IMG/VR virus record: IMGVR_UViG_3300021425_002620
Strand: one strand, 5' to 3'
DNA length: 64,000 bases
DNA from: a virus
Taxonomy: Duplodnaviria > Caudoviricetes
Shown: piece by piece, positions 9,931 to 19,079 of the stretch
How the letters are laid out: every line of letters begins with the position of its first letter
How positions within the stretch are numbered: the stretch's first letter is position 1
The notes under the pieces: model-generated
What the model was told of the DNA's origin: nothing
The model's database searches: none
Seen by the model: the letters and a program-made list of their open reading frames with translations, nothing else
Made by a program: the position numbers and the translations under genes

Positions 9931-10117
9931 CGTCGTTCTCCTTAACTTCTGTGATTATGACCGTTCCGTGGTCGCCAATTTCAAATTTTAGATTAGTTCC
10001 TTCAACCCAACCTTGGGCATCTAAAATTTCTTGTGGGATATTCATTAGAATGTTTTCATCATCTCCTGGTATATCTTCAAAAATTTCTTCTGCTTTATAT
10101 GTAAATGTCTTACTCAT
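9893..10117 (-). CDS. AbrB/MazE-like small DNA-binding protein
   Basis: LMNIPQEILDAQGWVEGTNLKFEI resembles the swapped-hairpin pattern. Confidence 0.5.
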   Translation of the reverse strand: MSKTFTYKAEEIFEDIPGDDENILMNIPQEILDAQGWVEGTNLKFEIGDHGTVIITEVKENDDASEIQGGLDNS

Positions 10118-10148
10118 TTTCTAGTCTCCCAATAAGGTAAATATTTAT

Positions 10149-10574
10149 ATGAAAGATGAATACACAACAGTATTCTTTGATGCTGTACGTGAAACCCAGA
10201 CTTCAACAGGGTATGAACTGCCCGAACATATAGAAGCATACATTGTAATGCTTTTAAGCAGTTATGTGGATAAAGAAGATTTTCCGCCTGACTTAACATT
10301 TACCGAACAATACCTTACTCTCAAAAACTCTTATCAAGCCAAAGAGCTTGGTGATACCTGTTTGTTTATAAGCGGAGCATTTCCTCATTTTAAAAAACGT
10401 CGCGGAATGAATAGACGATTTTATATAGATATTGGATCATCGTCATACGAAATAGCAAGCACAATGAACAATGATTTGTTTCCTGTGCTTGCTACTCATT
10501 TTGTATTTTTATCCGAATTTATAGAAACTACTATTCATTCGCCCAAACGTAAGCTGAATAGCCTTTTCCGTTAG
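10149..10574 (+). CDS. hypothetical protein
   Basis: 141-aa ORF 5 nt after TAAATA. Confidence 0.7.
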   Translation: MKDEYTTVFFDAVRETQTSTGYELPEHIEAYIVMLLSSYVDKEDFPPDLTFTEQYLTLKNSYQAKELGDTCLFISGAFPHFKKRRGMNRRFYIDIGSSSYEIASTMNNDLFPVLATHFVFLSEFIETTIHSPKRKLNSLFR

Positions 10575-11250
10575 TATCGCCGCCGTTGTTGTCAACTTCC
10601 TGATCATCATAATGAACTTCCGTAATAACATCTTCACCATTTGGATATTCAGTTGTAACAAACTTTAGTTTTTTAGGATCAAAGTCTCCATAAGTTTCAA
10701 TGACACCGTCCCAGAAGCCGCCTTTTTCTGCGCTATAGAACTGTAAAACATATTCCATGTCGTCTGGTCCCATGTCTTCGTCACCTTCAACTTGTTCGAC
10801 TTCCCAGTCAGTTTCTTCACCAATTCTATCAATGAATGAACTTACTTCCTCGCCTTCTATTACATCAGCAACAAAACTTGAGCCCCAGCCATCGCCGTCG
10901 ACTTCTTCAACAGTTAGATATGCACTGTCATATGAAACTCCATACTGGTGAATTTCTTCAGTAGGTGCTTCGTACCATTGTGATTTAAAATCATCTTCTG
11001 TTAAAAAGTCAGCTTCTTCCGGTACTCCGTCAATATCATCGAAATCGTATTCTTCTGGATCATCAGTTACACAATAGTTAACTAGATCAGAATCTCCATA
11101 TTCGTCGCAAACATTATTCCAAAAATCAAATGCTTCTTTGGTTAATTTAATATATGCTGCTTCACCACCGTATCCACTAAGTGATAATCTATAATAACGT
11201 CTTCCTTTTAATGCGTCGACTGTTTCTTGTCTTTCTTCTGGGCTTGCCAT
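10531..11250 (-). CDS. hypothetical highly acidic protein
   Basis: 239-aa D/E-rich ORF. Confidence 0.75.
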   Translation of the reverse strand: MASPEERQETVDALKGRRYYRLSLSGYGGEAAYIKLTKEAFDFWNNVCDEYGDSDLVNYCVTDDPEEYDFDDIDGVPEEADFLTEDDFKSQWYEAPTEEIHQYGVSYDSAYLTVEEVDGDGWGSSFVADVIEGEEVSSFIDRIGEETDWEVEQVEGDEDMGPDDMEYVLQFYSAEKGGFWDGVIETYGDFDPKKLKFVTTEYPNGEDVITEVHYDDQEVDNNGGDTNGKGYSAYVWANE

Positions 11251-11260
11251 AATATAATCC

Positions 11261-11812
11261 TTATGCTGGCTCTAACACGCTTTCAAAATATGCAATAACG
11301 TTTTCAGGTGAAGTTTCTCCATATGGATCAGGATCATCTGCTGTGCCTACTGGTTCAACAAATGATTTTACTACTACACCATCCTCTAGGACAACTGCAA
11401 AACGTCTAGAACGCTTGCCAAAGCCTACATCACTCATATCAATAAACATACCTAAACTATCAGCAAATTCCCCATTTCCGTCTGGAATAACTTTTACATT
11501 TTTAATATCTAGATAATCAGCCCAGGCGTTCATAACAAAGCCGTCATTTACTGATGATACATAGATTTCATCTACTTTGTACTTTTCACAGATTTCATCA
11601 TAGTTTTCTTCAAAGCCTGGTAATTGGTATGTTGAACAGGTTGGAGTGTATGCGCCCGGTAGGCTGAATACAATTACTCTTTTTCCTGCAAACAAATCTT
11701 CTGTTGTGGTGGGAACAAACTCGCCACCAATTGGACAGCCACCATCTTCGGGGGCTTCATCACCTTCTCTATACATAAAGGTGATATCTGGGATCACTTT
11801 ACCTTCAATCAT
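11261..11812 (-). CDS. peroxiredoxin, Prx5-like
   Basis: FSLPGAYTPTCSTYQLPG, SVNDGFVMNAW, DGNGEF, RSRRFA. Confidence 0.93.
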   Translation of the reverse strand: MIEGKVIPDITFMYREGDEAPEDGGCPIGGEFVPTTTEDLFAGKRVIVFSLPGAYTPTCSTYQLPGFEENYDEICEKYKVDEIYVSSVNDGFVMNAWADYLDIKNVKVIPDGNGEFADSLGMFIDMSDVGFGKRSRRFAVVLEDGVVVKSFVEPVGTADDPDPYGETSPENVIAYFESVLEPA

Positions 11813-11869
11813 ATTTTATCTCCTGTGTGTATGACTGTATGGCGAGATGTTTATCATCTCACACTACTA

Positions 11870-11897
11870 ATTATACACAATAATAATCTATTGTCAA
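11870..11897 (-). promoter_or_regulatory. sigma70-like early promoter
   Basis: TTGACA-N16-TATAAT. Confidence 0.7.
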
Positions 11898-11933
11898 CCA
11901 TTTTCTTTATATTTTTTAAAGATAAATATTAAT

Positions 11934-12110
11934 ATGAAGCAAGATCCAGAACTAATAAGTCAACCCGAGGGCGCGATGATATATGAAAAATGTGTGGTGT
12001 GCGGCCATGCATGTCATCACGGGGATGTCTGCAAAGTTAAGGACTGTTCTTGCGGAGTTTGCTATCACGAAGTTGAAGAGGTAGATGATTATATAAACAT
12101 GGAGGGCTAA
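11934..12110 (+). CDS. small Cys/His-rich (metallothionein-like) protein, 58 aa
   Basis: Hand-translated: ...CVVCGHACHHGDVCKVKDCSCGVCYH...; TAAATA 5 nt upstream; TAATG coupling to next gene. Confidence 0.7.
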   Translation: MKQDPELISQPEGAMIYEKCVVCGHACHHGDVCKVKDCSCGVCYHEVEEVDDYINMEG

Positions 12111-12388
12111 TGGATTTTTTATCATTAGTAAGTGAAGTAGGATTTCCTATTGCGGGGGCTATTGCGGCAGGATATTTTGTATATCTTACACTAAGATTTA
12201 TTTTAGCAGGTGTTACTGGATCGGTAACTACACTTAAAAATATCATAGGACAACTAGACAATCGTGTACAAACAATGAACAACGATCTTGTTAAAATAGA
12301 TGCACTACTATCTTATACACTTGGTGTAAAACCCAATGTGGATCGTATTGCAGCAAACGAAGGTAAAGAAGACGCAAGGAGAGATTAA
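12110..12388 (+). CDS. small membrane protein (TM plus coiled coil, holin-like)
   Basis: VGFPIAGAIAAGYFVY TM; paralogous to 12520..12882. Confidence 0.75.
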   Translation: MDFLSLVSEVGFPIAGAIAAGYFVYLTLRFILAGVTGSVTTLKNIIGQLDNRVQTMNNDLVKIDALLSYTLGVKPNVDRIAANEGKEDARRD

Positions 12389-12519
12389 TGTCAAATATCG
12401 TTGAAATAGTAGATAACATAAAAAATAGATTAGAGCAGAAAGCATTAGAAGAGACGCCGCCCGAATTAATTAAAATAACAGATAATAGTACTGCTGTTGA
12501 ATCAAAAAAGAAAAAATAA
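12388..12519 (+). CDS. hypothetical protein, 43 aa
   Basis: Hand-translated; fills the gap exactly with TAATG / TAA-ATG junctions. Confidence 0.55.
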   Translation: MSNIVEIVDNIKNRLEQKALEETPPELIKITDNSTAVESKKKK

Positions 12520-12882
12520 ATGGAAGCTGACCTCGCAACAACAATTAAGGATTTAGGATTCCCAATAGTGGCAGCACTAGGAATGGGATACTTCATCTAC
12601 TTCATTTGGAAGTGGGTAACAGAAACTATTGATCCTATTATTGGCGAGACAATGGGAACACTTATTAAACTAGTTGACCGTGTTCGTATGTTAGATAATG
12701 ATATGATACGTATGAATATGAAACTAGCAATGGTGTTAGAGCATAGACATTTATTAGAAGAAAAATTGTCGCCAGAACAAGTTAGCGAACTAGATGAAAT
12801 AATTACTCGTTACCAAAGTAGAAATAACGAATTTGACTCTACAGGGAAAGCTCCGGGAGGAAGCGATGAGCCAAAAAAGTAA
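12520..12882 (+). CDS. small membrane protein (TM plus coiled coil, holin-like)
   Basis: LGFPIVAALGMGYFIY TM; LVDRVRMLDND resembles LDNRVQTMNND of paralog. Confidence 0.75.
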   Translation: MEADLATTIKDLGFPIVAALGMGYFIYFIWKWVTETIDPIIGETMGTLIKLVDRVRMLDNDMIRMNMKLAMVLEHRHLLEEKLSPEQVSELDEIITRYQSRNNEFDSTGKAPGGSDEPKK

Positions 12883-13027
12883 CTACTTGCCAGAAGAAAA
12901 AAAGTACGATTCCATGGATCGGTTTATTGAGTTTTTATGCAAGCACGATGATTGGATTATTACTTTTGGGATTGTTAGTTCTATAATGGCGTTATTTCAA
13001 GCAGTATGTTTTTTGGGGATTATATAA
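12866..13027 (+). CDS. small membrane protein
   Basis: GGAGG SD before ATG 12866; C-terminal TM. Confidence 0.55.
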   Translation: MSQKSNYLPEEKKYDSMDRFIEFLCKHDDWIITFGIVSSIMALFQAVCFLGII

Positions 13028-13192
13028 ATGTTTAAATCTAAATGGGATATATGGTTAGAAAACCAAAACGAAGCTACTAGAGTTTATCTAAAAAATCAAA
13101 TGAAAGAAGATGATAAACTTATTTGGCTCGGTTTTGGTTTAGGCATACCTGTAGGATTATTACTAGCAGTTATTATTTACTCTGCGCTATAA
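13028..13192 (+). CDS. small membrane protein, 54 aa
   Basis: Hand-translated MFKSKWDIWLENQ...LIWLGFGLGIPVGLLLAVIIYSAL. Confidence 0.55.
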   Translation: MFKSKWDIWLENQNEATRVYLKNQMKEDDKLIWLGFGLGIPVGLLLAVIIYSAL

Positions 13193-15212
13193 ACACACCG
13201 TTCCAATCTTTAGGTAACTTTTGCGTTTTCTGGAACTCACAGCGTTCAATCCACATTTTATAATAACCTTCCATTTTTCCATCAAAATGCCGCATAAGTT
13301 TATTACATTCTGTAATTGCTTGATCAAACTTTTGTGCTCTATAACAATCGTGCATACGTTCGTGTATTTCTTTGCTTTTTAGTTGTGCAGGTGTTCCAGC
13401 AATATCTAATACTGTATAAATGCTTAGTCCAACACTTTTACCTTTAACTTGTAGATCATCTACTTTTAAGTAGAAGAAGTCATTTTTAGTTTCTTTGTAG
13501 GTTGATTCTCCGACAAGGAGTAAGCATCCGTATTCTTTACACTTTGACTCAATTCTTGCTGCTGTGGAAACAGCGTCTCCCAAAACGTCATATGAGTGTC
13601 TTTTTGTTGAGCCCATTTCACCAAGATATCCAAGGCCTGTGTTGATACCGGCTCCCATTCCAACTGGCGGCCTTCCTTCTGCTGTAATTTTGTCATTAAA
13701 CTTCTCCACTGCTCGCAACATTTCTAGCCCACATTGTACTGCTGTTTTAGGATGATCTGGATCTTCTATAGGTGCATTATGTATATGCATACTTGCATCG
13801 CCTATGTATTTGATAATCATTCCGTCCATATCAAGTACAGGCTGTGTGATAGCATCCATATATCCATTCATGATTTTTGTTAGTCCTTTAACATCGTCGC
13901 CAAAACTTTCACCTAATGGTGTAAAGCCACGCAAGTCTGAGAATAAAATACTAACTTCTCGTTTCATACCTTCTTTAATAAGTGCAGGATTTTCTTGTAA
14001 TAGTCTTACTACAGTAGGTGATGCATAACCTGCAAACTGTTTCTTTATCGCTTGTTTTTCAAGGAACTCACGAACAAACTTAATTCCGTATACTTGTAAT
14101 GCAATAATAACCAAAGTAATGATAGGTGCTGTAACATCAATTAACGCCTTTTCTGTTGCAAACATATGCCATGAGTAAGGTAGTACTCCACTAATTAATC
14201 CTACTGTAACTACTAGTCCTACTAGCATCCATCGACTGAGTAAAATCAATAATAAACCACCTATAGCAAGCCCTACAAGCTCTGCTGTTGGCGCCCAGTC
14301 AGGTCGTTGTATATTTGTACCGTTAAACATTGTACCTATTACTGCGGCTTGGGTAGTACCTGCAAACTGTGCGCCTGTTGCTGTAGGAACAGGATTAGCA
14401 ATACCTGCTGCTGTTACATCTACAATAACAACTGCTCCGCCAAAATCACTAGGCAAGTCTGCTACACTTACACGTTTTGATTGTTGACTCCAGTCAATCC
14501 ACACACGCCCTTCTGAATCAGTAGGTATAGGACCAAACTGAGGTATACGCATTTTTTCTACGCCAAACTGATTTAACTTAATTTGAAAGTTTGGATCGCC
14601 TGCTATAACACGCAGTGTTTCTAATGCTAAACTAGGATATAATGTGCCGTCAACTACTGCTACAGTTGGCATACGTCTTACTACACCGTCAATTTCGGGC
14701 TCTGTACTTACAATACCTGCTCCAACACTGCTGTTTTCTAGTATAGGAATATTAGCAATAATGCCACCATATGGAAGTATACGATCTAAGTATTGAGGTT
14801 GTAGAATTGCTGCTCCAGGATTAATAGGCAAGTTAACAGTTTTATCGCTAGGACGACTTGCTAGTATTACAGGCAATGCCATCATAGTTTCTGCTAATTC
14901 TGTATCACCTCCAAAGCGATCTTTTTCAGGCATCATTACGTTCCATATAACTATACCTGCTCCTCTGTTATATAGATCTTTTATAATGTCTGAATATATG
15001 TTTCTAGGAAAAGGATACTGTCCGTAAATCTCTAATGCAGCATCGTCTATTTCTGCTACATAGATATTGTTTTCTACAGGTTCCTGATTTACAATAAGTT
15101 GATCAAAATAATTTAATTTAACACTTTGGAAAAAAGCAGGCGGTGTCATAAACAAATATATTAGAGCAGATAGTGTTAATAATGCCCACCACGGACTTAG
15201 TAATTTTTTCAT
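13173..15212 (-). CDS. CHASE2-domain class III adenylate/guanylate cyclase
   Basis: N-terminal TM, CHASE2 motifs (IDD, PFPR, DGVVRR), 3 TM, FSDLRGFT, KYIGD, GINTG, YDVLGDAVSTAARIE. Confidence 0.93.
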   Translation of the reverse strand: MKKLLSPWWALLTLSALIYLFMTPPAFFQSVKLNYFDQLIVNQEPVENNIYVAEIDDAALEIYGQYPFPRNIYSDIIKDLYNRGAGIVIWNVMMPEKDRFGGDTELAETMMALPVILASRPSDKTVNLPINPGAAILQPQYLDRILPYGGIIANIPILENSSVGAGIVSTEPEIDGVVRRMPTVAVVDGTLYPSLALETLRVIAGDPNFQIKLNQFGVEKMRIPQFGPIPTDSEGRVWIDWSQQSKRVSVADLPSDFGGAVVIVDVTAAGIANPVPTATGAQFAGTTQAAVIGTMFNGTNIQRPDWAPTAELVGLAIGGLLLILLSRWMLVGLVVTVGLISGVLPYSWHMFATEKALIDVTAPIITLVIIALQVYGIKFVREFLEKQAIKKQFAGYASPTVVRLLQENPALIKEGMKREVSILFSDLRGFTPLGESFGDDVKGLTKIMNGYMDAITQPVLDMDGMIIKYIGDASMHIHNAPIEDPDHPKTAVQCGLEMLRAVEKFNDKITAEGRPPVGMGAGINTGLGYLGEMGSTKRHSYDVLGDAVSTAARIESKCKEYGCLLLVGESTYKETKNDFFYLKVDDLQVKGKSVGLSIYTVLDIAGTPAQLKSKEIHERMHDCYRAQKFDQAITECNKLMRHFDGKMEGYYKMWIERCEFQKTQKLPKDWNGVFIAQSK

Positions 15213-15222
15213 TATAATATTC

Positions 15223-15327
15223 CTAAATAAACAGCATACCTATTAAAAATCCAATATTAAGTCCTAGTGAACAATACAATAAAAGATCTTTCCCATAACT
15301 GTAAGGTTGGTATTCTACTTCGTTCAT
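15223..15327 (-). CDS. small membrane protein, 34 aa
   Basis: Hand-translated MNEVEYQPYSYGKDLLLYCSLGLNIGFLIGMLFI; ATGA overlap upstream. Confidence 0.5.
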   Translation of the reverse strand: MNEVEYQPYSYGKDLLLYCSLGLNIGFLIGMLFI

Positions 15328-15623
15328 GCCCTTCTTCCCATTAGTTTTGCTTTTAACGCATTCATTTCTGCATCTCTGCTTGTTTTTTCAGATGTTGTAC
15401 CCAAGTCTTTTTGCGTAACATTTGTTTCCTTGGGTTGGCGTATATCTCTGGGTGTCGAATAACGATTAAGTCGTCTGTTCTGTTCTGCAATTCTTCTTCT
15501 GATATCTCGAACTTTGGCTTCAAGATCCACGGTACTATTTTGTCTGTCACTGTTTGCCCTTTCTGCGACTGTGTCTGTCGCGCCCTTATTTCCACAAATG
15601 ATTCTGCACAACCATTGCCTCAT
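15324..15623 (-). CDS. hypothetical basic protein
   Basis: 99 aa; TATAAATA 4 nt upstream. Confidence 0.65.
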   Translation of the reverse strand: MRQWLCRIICGNKGATDTVAERANSDRQNSTVDLEAKVRDIRRRIAEQNRRLNRYSTPRDIRQPKETNVTQKDLGTTSEKTSRDAEMNALKAKLMGRRA

Positions 15624-15630
15624 AACGTAT

Positions 15631-15735
15631 TTATATTACACCTAAGAAGGCTAGCCTAAGAATTGCTAGCCAAGCTGTTACTGATACTAACAGCCACAAG
15701 TAATGTCTATAAGTTGTGTCCTTATAGTGCCACAT
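15631..15735 (-). CDS. small membrane protein, 34 aa
   Basis: Hand-translated MWHYKDTTYRHYLWLLVSVTAWLAILRLAFLGVI; GAGGG SD-like. Confidence 0.45.
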   Translation of the reverse strand: MWHYKDTTYRHYLWLLVSVTAWLAILRLAFLGVI

Positions 15736-15761
15736 TTATACGCCCTCTAAACGTATTTATT

Positions 15762-16433
15762 TTAATTATTACGATTAACTGTGACTGAACAGCCACCTAA
15801 TGTTGCACAAGTACCTGTAATGCTAAATGAATCAGAAGCAGTAGTAACATTTTGAGTAAGAGTATAATTGTAGGCTCCGCCACCGTTTGTTAGATCTATT
15901 GCGGCACTTGCACTTTTGCTTCCACGCTGATCAACATCTACACTATGACCATCACCTGTAAGAACTATGTCAGCCCACTTTTGTCCGCCGTTGCCTCTTT
16001 GCAGTAAATCTACAGTATTACCGTCGCCTTGTATTTCTACAAATCCATCGTGTCCTGCTTTGCCCATTTGTATGTGTTCAACTGTATTGCTGTCACCATT
16101 TACAATGTTTGCTAGATGATGCGGTGCTCCGCCTCCGCCACCTCTATTTTCATCTGTTTGATAACTGGCTACTGTGTTTCCATCTCCAGTTACAGTCCAG
16201 TATGCTTCGTGGCCGCCTGTTTCGTCTTGATCTATTGTACCATCTTTGTGCATGCCTTGACGTATTGTAATATTATTGTTTGGTCCAGTAGAATTCAAAC
16301 TAACGTAGTTGTCTACACTACGTTGTTGTATTTCTAAGTCGAGATTATCTCCACTTTGTGTTACATAAATTTCGTTAGCACTACTTTTGAATGATATTAA
16401 TGTTGTTGTTACCAACACCAAGAAGGTAGTCAT
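15762..16433 (-). CDS. curlin-like repeat secreted protein
   Basis: Signal peptide, then NEIYVTQSGD and repeated GDGNTV...Q(R)G units; start 16433 or 16445. Confidence 0.75.
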   Translation of the reverse strand: MTTFLVLVTTTLISFKSSANEIYVTQSGDNLDLEIQQRSVDNYVSLNSTGPNNNITIRQGMHKDGTIDQDETGGHEAYWTVTGDGNTVASYQTDENRGGGGGAPHHLANIVNGDSNTVEHIQMGKAGHDGFVEIQGDGNTVDLLQRGNGGQKWADIVLTGDGHSVDVDQRGSKSASAAIDLTNGGGAYNYTLTQNVTTASDSFSITGTCATLGGCSVTVNRNN

Positions 16434-17514
16434 AAACTGCTTCATCGCCTTGCTCCACGTTAAGTTTGTATCCATAATTTCCGTTCAAATATAAATCTAT
16501 TGTATTTTCTACACTAGAATCTTGTCTTTTAATATGCCACATAGGATCTTCGTAATCTAAGAAAAATCCTGTTTCTTCGTCATAACCTAATTGACGCTGT
16601 CTAAAAAATTCTTGGTTTTGAGCTTCTAGTTCGTCTTTAAAACTATTTAGTAATGCTTGATTAAGAGCATCTATCATATCAACAAGTATTTCTCTAAGAT
16701 AATAATCTGCTCCTTTATCTAATTCTGTTACCCAAATATCTTTAATGCTATCAGCTAGTGCATCTTGATCAAGATCATCAAATTTTAAAAAATCAAAATC
16801 TAATACACTTACACTAGCTTCTTGTTGCAGCTCTTTTTCTATTGCTGCATCAATAGGATCTTTACGCCTTACAATAAGCATACCAGTAATTTGTGGCTCT
16901 GTTAGCTCAACAATAATAGGAGGGCTAGGAGACTTCCAAAGACTTTCTACACGAGTCATTTGGAATGGTTGATTCATTATAACCATTCCTGCATCATTCT
17001 CAACACTAATTTCACCTGTCACGCACTCTAACTCTACGCCGTTTTCTGTTTGACAACTAGGTAATAGTGTTACATAACTTTCGCCTATTTCATTTACAAT
17101 CATAGCAAAGTCTGTACCACGAACTGATATAGTTGCAGTTGGTGTTCTTAGTCTTACATTTTGTCTTGAGTTTTTTGCAATTTGTCCACTTGCATAACGA
17201 ACAGCACCTAGTGTTGCTCGCATATCTAACACGCCCTTGCCCGAAGCTGGATCATATATAAATTCATCAATAACAACTCTACTATGATCAACTACATCAA
17301 GTCGAGTGTCATCAACAAAATCAATACGCATTTTACCTGCATTAGTAACGGCTTCGTCCAATTGTTGGACGCTAGTGCCTACTTCGTTACCTGCATTGTT
17401 TCTGTCGCGTAAGATTTGTCCATCCCCGTCTAGTTCAGTAACGGTACCAATTGAGGACTGTGCCGCAGATGCGACAGAGAAAAATAAACTAAAGAGTAAG
17501 ACTAGCACTCTCAT
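16381..17514 (-). CDS. FecR-domain secreted/periplasmic protein
   Basis: Signal peptide; IDFVDDTRLDV, VRLRTPTATISVRGTDF. Confidence 0.85.
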   Translation of the reverse strand: MRVLVLLFSLFFSVASAAQSSIGTVTELDGDGQILRDRNNAGNEVGTSVQQLDEAVTNAGKMRIDFVDDTRLDVVDHSRVVIDEFIYDPASGKGVLDMRATLGAVRYASGQIAKNSRQNVRLRTPTATISVRGTDFAMIVNEIGESYVTLLPSCQTENGVELECVTGEISVENDAGMVIMNQPFQMTRVESLWKSPSPPIIVELTEPQITGMLIVRRKDPIDAAIEKELQQEASVSVLDFDFLKFDDLDQDALADSIKDIWVTELDKGADYYLREILVDMIDALNQALLNSFKDELEAQNQEFFRQRQLGYDEETGFFLDYEDPMWHIKRQDSSVENTIDLYLNGNYGYKLNVEQGDEAVYDYLLGVGNNNINIIQK

Positions 17515-17521
17515 ACTAGTC

Positions 17522-18277
17522 TTAATCTATTTGTGTGATGTCAATAGTACTACCGTTTGTTGTAGCATCAATATCAATAACGTTATCGTATACTCCGCCT
17601 TGCGAAATAGTGAATACATTGCCGCCGCCTGTTAAATCTAGATTGATAAAGTGGCCGTTTGCATCTCCATCGCCGTCTACGTCGATATCAATAATGTTAC
17701 CTGCATTAGATGCACTCAAACTTACGTCTGTAGCACTAGTTGCGCCTGTTGTGTGTAAACTTGCACTATTATTAACAACAACTGTGATATCTGAATCAAC
17801 ACCATCAACATCTGCATCAACTACGTTGTCGTCACCTGTTACTGTAAACGCAACTGTTGACGAACCTGCGTCTGCATTTTCGCCGATGTAGAATTTAAAT
17901 GTGTTATCGTCACCTGTAGTTGTAATATCTAGTTGTACACTTTCACAATTTCCTGCACCTGCTGTTCCTAAACTGTCACACTTCATGTCTACGACATTAG
18001 TATTGCCAGTGAAACTCCAAGTACCTGTGTATGAATCACCATTGATGATTGCTGCAATATCATTAGTATCACCTGTTTGGGTAATAGAAAATACCATGCT
18101 GTCACCTGTTAAAGTCACACCCGTGGTGCTGTCACCAAACTGGTTATTCTGCCCATCTTGAGTAATGTCTAAATCTAAGCTATCACCAACTTGCGTAATG
18201 TAAATATCATTCGCTAGGGCTGGTGTCGCTAGTAGCACTGTCATCAACGCCGATAATGTCAACGTCTTCAACTTCAT
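17522..18277 (-). CDS. curlin-like repeat secreted protein
   Basis: Signal peptide ALA; NDIYITQVGD, TQDGQNN, TGDDN, SQGG repeats. Confidence 0.75.
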   Translation of the reverse strand: MKLKTLTLSALMTVLLATPALANDIYITQVGDSLDLDITQDGQNNQFGDSTTGVTLTGDSMVFSITQTGDTNDIAAIINGDSYTGTWSFTGNTNVVDMKCDSLGTAGAGNCESVQLDITTTGDDNTFKFYIGENADAGSSTVAFTVTGDDNVVDADVDGVDSDITVVVNNSASLHTTGATSATDVSLSASNAGNIIDIDVDGDGDANGHFINLDLTGGGNVFTISQGGVYDNVIDIDATTNGSTIDITQID

Positions 18278-19079
18278 AACTTCCCTCCTGTTGGAACTTC
18301 CAAAGTCCCTTTCTTTCGCCTTCGTAAACTAGTTCAACTACCGCTTGCTCGATAGCAGCCCTCGTAGCATAATTTACGGGCTCATTAACTGAAAAACCTG
18401 TTTCAGTCTCGAGTAACTCAGTTCCCATGTCCAAGAACTTAAATACATCCGCTCCGGACTGGTGGCTTGCAATCGTTTTTTCGGTTGCAATACTTAAAAG
18501 TACTTTCCCTGTACTTACACTTACAATTCTTAAAGAAATTGTAACTGTATCGATGCGATATTGCGTATTTGCGCCAACACCTAACCATCTTGCGCCGACA
18601 CCGCCTACTGCGACATTACTATCGTAGCCAATTATCCCCCCTTCTAATAAAAGTCCTGCAAATAGCAAGGGTTTTAATTGTGGTGCATCTGGGCCTTCGT
18701 ATTGATCTCTAGTCTGTCTTATTAGTTGTCTTTCTTTGATAAGATTGTCCATCCCTACTCGCTCAACTACGTCAAACCATCCTTCGTCGCCTACATCTTG
18801 CAGAGCCTTAATTACCCAAACTTCTCCACCTTGCGTGACTGCTGAGCTTAATTTTGCTACACCGTCACTTGGTTTACGTTGTCCTGTTTTATCACTAAAC
18901 TGATAAACAGCAATAGTAATTTTAGGTCCGTCAATTTTTGGTACATCTTCAAGACGTTGCTGAATTGGAGATGGTTGTACTATCGGTGATGTCTCTGCTT
19001 CCTGTAGTTTTAATAAACTCGGAGTCATTGCACAACCGCCTAGTAGAGCTAAAGATAGTACGAGAAACAGATGCTTCAT
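18207..19079 (-). CDS. csgG: curli secretion channel lipoprotein CsgG
   Basis: Lipobox LGGC; AVYQFSDKTGQRKP, SSAVTQG, VVERVGMDNLIKERQLIRQTR, EGGIIGYDSN. Confidence 0.93.
   Translation of the reverse strand: MKHLFLVLSLALLGGCAMTPSLLKLQEAETSPIVQPSPIQQRLEDVPKIDGPKITIAVYQFSDKTGQRKPSDGVAKLSSAVTQGGEVWVIKALQDVGDEGWFDVVERVGMDNLIKERQLIRQTRDQYEGPDAPQLKPLLFAGLLLEGGIIGYDSNVAVGGVGARWLGVGANTQYRIDTVTISLRIVSVSTGKVLLSIATEKTIASHQSGADVFKFLDMGTELLETETGFSVNEPVNYATRAAIEQAVVELVYEGERKGLWKFQQEGSYEVEDVDIIGVDDSATSDTSPSE

Noticed and set aside
12504-12510. A AAA AAG near the end of the 43-aa ORF
   Set aside because: The -1 frame stops within a few codons and joins no downstream ORF.
12873-12879. A AAA AAG just before the stop of 12520..12882
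   Set aside because: The next gene is in the +1 frame with its own GGAGG SD and ATG. The hydrophobic -1 frame is explained by T-rich TM-coding DNA.
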